Below, piece after piece: positions 61,319 through 64,000 of a stretch of DNA of 64,000 nucleotides. How positions within the stretch are numbered: position 1 is the stretch's first letter; every line of letters begins with the position of its first letter. Below the pieces are notes generated by a model. The model was not told the origin of the DNA. It did no database searches and worked only from the letters and a program-made list of their open reading frames with translations. The DNA is taken from contig VBKF01000103.1 in the NCBI GenBank assembly GCA_005888095.1, forward strand, positions 35,845 to 99,844, written 5' to 3'. This DNA is from Deltaproteobacteria bacterium. Lineage in GTDB: Bacteria > Desulfobacterota > Binatia > DP-6. The position numbers and the translations under genes are program-made.

Positions 61319-62490
61319 CCCGCCTCGCGCGCGAGCGCGAGCAGCACGCCCACCTGGGCGAGGGCAGCGATCATCGCCGAGCCGCCGTAGGAGAGGAACG
61401 GCAAGGCCAGCCCCTTGGTGGGCAGGCAGCCGAGGACGACGCCGGCGTTCACGAGGGCCTGGAGCACCAGCGAGACCGTCACGCCGAAGGCCGCGAGGCT
61501 GGCGAAGGGGTCCGGATGGCGGAGCGCCGTGCGCAGGCCGCGCGCCGCGATCACGCCGAAGAGCCCGAGCACGACCAGCGCTCCCGCGAGCCCGAGCTCC
61601 TCGCCGATCACCGAGAAGATGAAATCGGTATGCGCCTCGGGCAGGTAGAACATCTTCTGCCGGCTCTCCCCGAGCCCGACGCCCCACAGCCGGCCCGAGC
61701 CGAAGGCGATGAACGATTGCATCAGCTGGAACCCGATGCCGCGCGGGTCGTGCCACGGGTTCAAGAAGGCGAGCAGGCGCTTCACCCGGTAGCCCGCCCC
61801 TGTCGCCTCGTAGACGACGAGCGGCAGGGCGGCGATCACCGGCACCGCCAGATGCCGCGCGCGGACGCCGCCCGCGAAGAGCATCAGGAACAGGAGGGCG
61901 GCCGCGAGCGCCGCGGTGCCGAAGTCCGGCTCGAGCAGCAGGAGGCCCGCCACGAAGCCTACCACGAGGCAGTGGGGCACGACGCCGACCACGAAGTCGT
62001 GCACGCGCTCGCCCTTCTTGCTGAGCGACCGCGCCAGGTAGAGGACGAGGGCGACCTTGGCGGCCTCGGAGGGCTGCAGGCTGAGCGGGCCGAGGTGCAG
62101 CCAGCGCCGGGCGCCGCCCCGCACGAGGCCGATGCCCGGGACGAGGACCAGGACCAGCGCCAAGACGCTCGCGCCGAGCAGCGGATACGCCGCGCGCCGA
62201 TAGGTCTCCGAGGACAGTCGGGAGGCGACGACGCAGGCCGCAGTCCCGAGGGCCACGGCCAGGAGGTGGCGTCGGAAGAAGTACAGCGAGTCGCCGAGCC
62301 GCTCCCGCCCGTAGAAGTAGCTCACGTTGAACACCATCACGATGCCGAGGCCGAGGAGGGTGGCCACCGCCGCGACCAGCCAGGGGTCGCCGCGGAGTCG
62401 GCCCACGACGCGCGGCCGCTGCCCCGCGAGCGGGCCGCGAAAGACGGGGGCCTGGGGCGCCGGACGCGGCACCGTCCCCGCCCCCGTCAC
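61315..62490 (-). CDS. ftsW: lipid II flippase / peptidoglycan polymerase FtsW (SEDS family)
   Basis: 10-TM SEDS pattern, ...LPEAHTDFIFSVIGEELG... Confidence 0.9.
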   Translation of the reverse strand: MTGAGTVPRPAPQAPVFRGPLAGQRPRVVGRLRGDPWLVAAVATLLGLGIVMVFNVSYFYGRERLGDSLYFFRRHLLAVALGTAACVVASRLSSETYRRAAYPLLGASVLALVLVLVPGIGLVRGGARRWLHLGPLSLQPSEAAKVALVLYLARSLSKKGERVHDFVVGVVPHCLVVGFVAGLLLLEPDFGTAALAAALLFLMLFAGGVRARHLAVPVIAALPLVVYEATGAGYRVKRLLAFLNPWHDPRGIGFQLMQSFIAFGSGRLWGVGLGESRQKMFYLPEAHTDFIFSVIGEELGLAGALVVLGLFGVIAARGLRTALRHPDPFASLAAFGVTVSLVLQALVNAGVVLGCLPTKGLALPFLSYGGSAMIAALAQVGVLLALAREAG

Positions 62491-63821
62491 CCGAGGGCCT
62501 CGATCGCCGCCCGGAAGGCGCGGCCGCGGGCGGCGTAATCCGCGAACATGTCGAAGCTCGAGCAGGCGGGCGCGAGCAGCACGACGTCGCCCGGCCGGGC
62601 GTGGGCCGCCGCCGCCCGCACCGCAGCCTCGAGCGACGGGACGTCCTCGACGGCCACGTCGCGCGCGAGGAGCGCCGCGGCGATCGCGGCGCGCGCCGCG
62701 CCGAAGACCAGGGCCACGCGGACCTTGCCGGCCGCTGCATCGGCCAGCGGCGCGTAGCTGCCGCCCTTGTCGACGCCGCCTGCGAGCAGGACGACGGATT
62801 GCGCGAATGACTCGAGGCTCTTCACCGCCGCCCCGACGTTGGTCGCCTTCGAGTCGTCGAACCAGTCCACGCCACGCCGGGTCGCGACCCGCGTCATCCG
62901 ATGCGGGAGCGGCTCGAAGGCGTCGATCGCCTCCTGGACCGCCCGCGGCGGCGCGCCCGCGAGCCGGGCCACGGTGAGCGCGGCCAGGACGTTCTCGAGG
63001 TTGTGGCGCCCGACGAGCCGGGTCCGCGCGAGGTCGTAGCGCTCCTCGCCGGCCTCGGGGAGCCGCAGCGCCGCGTATCCTTCACCGGCGAAGGCGCCGC
63101 ACGGCACCGGCGCCGCCCCGAACGACACGAGCCGCGACCCGAGGCGCCCGGCGAGGCGCCAGACGACCGCATCGTCGCGGTTCAAGACCGCGAAGTCCTC
63201 CGCCTGCTGGCGGGCGAAGAGGCGGGCCTTGGCGGCGGCATACGACTCGAACGAGCCGTGCCGGTCGAGATGGTCCGGCGTCAGGTTGATGAGGCAGCCG
63301 ACCCGCGGCCGGAAGTGCTCCACCCACTCGAGCTGGAAGCTCGACACCTCGGCGACCGCCACGTCGGCGTCGCTGCCGACGGCGGCGATCAGCGGCGTGC
63401 CGAGGTTGCCGCCGACGAAGGCCCGTCGGCCCGCCCTCGCGAGCGCGAGACCGACCAGGCTCGTGGTCGTGCTCTTGCCGTTCGTGCCGGTGATGGCGAC
63501 CACGGGGCACGCCAGCAGCTCGGCCGCCATCTCGATCTCGCTCCGCACCGGAAGGCCGCGTCGCAGCGCGGCCGCGAGCACCGGCGCCTGGCGCGGCACC
63601 CCGGGGCTGGGGACGACGAGGTCCATGCCGGCGAGCAGCTCGGGCCCCTCCTCGCCGAGCCGGAGCTCGACGTCCATCCAGGTGCGGCTCTCGACCCCCA
63701 GCGCTTCGGCCGGACGCCGGTCGGCCACCCGCACCCGGACGCCACGGGCGGCGAGCACCCGCGCCACCGCCTGGCCGGTGCGCTGGAATCCCAGGACGAG
63801 CGCCTGGCGCGGGAGGGCCAT
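62487..63821 (-). CDS. murD: UDP-N-acetylmuramoylalanine--D-glutamate ligase
   Basis: VAITGTNGKSTTTSL Mur ligase P-loop. Start placed at [15 protein letters not shown], overlapping the mraY stop by 1 nt; the TTG at 63860 is an alternative. Confidence 0.9.
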   Translation of the reverse strand: MALPRQALVLGFQRTGQAVARVLAARGVRVRVADRRPAEALGVESRTWMDVELRLGEEGPELLAGMDLVVPSPGVPRQAPVLAAALRRGLPVRSEIEMAAELLACPVVAITGTNGKSTTTSLVGLALARAGRRAFVGGNLGTPLIAAVGSDADVAVAEVSSFQLEWVEHFRPRVGCLINLTPDHLDRHGSFESYAAAKARLFARQQAEDFAVLNRDDAVVWRLAGRLGSRLVSFGAAPVPCGAFAGEGYAALRLPEAGEERYDLARTRLVGRHNLENVLAALTVARLAGAPPRAVQEAIDAFEPLPHRMTRVATRRGVDWFDDSKATNVGAAVKSLESFAQSVVLLAGGVDKGGSYAPLADAAAGKVRVALVFGAARAAIAAALLARDVAVEDVPSLEAAVRAAAAHARPGDVVLLAPACSSFDMFADYAARGRAFRAAIEALG

Positions 63822-64000
63822 CAGCGCAGCTTGAGGGTCGACAGCGCGAGGAGCGCGCAAACGATCGACACGATCCAGAAGCGGACGATGATCTGCGGCT
63901 CGGGCCAGCCCAGGAGCTCGAAATGATGGTGGATCGGGGCCATGCGGAAGATGCGCTTGCGTCTCAGCTTGTAGGAGACGACCTGTCCGATGACCGACAG
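63821..64000 (-). CDS. mraY: phospho-N-acetylmuramoyl-pentapeptide transferase, C-terminal 59 aa (gene continues beyond the window)
   Basis: Reverse translation gives ...[29 protein letters not shown]...LKLR*, the conserved MraY C-terminus. Confidence 0.85.
   Translation of the reverse strand: MSVIGQVVSYKLRRKRIFRMAPIHHHFELLGWPEPQIIVRFWIVSIVCALLALSTLKLR

Overview
The window is a 64-kb, very GC-rich (roughly 70% or more by eye) stretch of a bacterial chromosome with strong G/C bias at codon third positions. Because of the GC content, long stop-free ORFs appear in all six frames, so I called genes only where the translated protein showed recognisable motifs. The outer-membrane genes (TolC-like, LolA) and the gene order point to a diderm bacterium, possibly a Myxococcota/Deltaproteobacteria-like lineage, but that is a guess.

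Content is mostly core metabolism and cell envelope, densely packed:
- A partial cytochrome P450 at the 5' edge, then a large Zn-ribbon/nucleotidyl-cyclase/AAA(STAND)/TPR protein.
- purA, serA and serC-like genes; a lone TolC-family porin.
- An acyl-CoA synthetase/hydrolase/hypothetical/folE/metF operon.
- nth overlapping glpD; NAD-isocitrate dehydrogenase overlapping queE; glycerate kinase, dksA, rimO, yajQ, lolA, an MFS transporter, ftsK, RNase J and plsC.
- A VapBC toxin-antitoxin pair with a perfect palindromic operator, ssb, a DUF2332/radC pair, rlmI, moaC, trxB.
- hisF-A-H-B-D, murA, prmC, prfA, rpmE.
- A glycerol cluster (glpK, lipase-like hydrolase, acyltransferase) divergent from two tandem ArsA-family ATPases.
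- A phasin-like gene, acpS and a large B12-binding radical-SAM protein.
- A MazEF toxin-antitoxin pair next to the distal end of the dcw cluster (ftsZ-ftsA-ftsQ-murB-murC-murG-ftsW-murD-mraY). murC carries an apparent frameshift.

I found no rRNA, tRNA, CRISPR array or transposase. Most adjacent genes overlap by the 4-nt GTGA/ATGA start/stop motif. I see no single obviously novel defence island. The most second-look-worthy items are the STAND-cyclase protein, the two toxin-antitoxin modules (one inside the dcw neighbourhood), the tandem ArsA-like ATPases beside the glycerol genes, the murC frameshift, and an AT-rich structured leader with a hairpin plus T8 run directly upstream of a VIT-family transporter.
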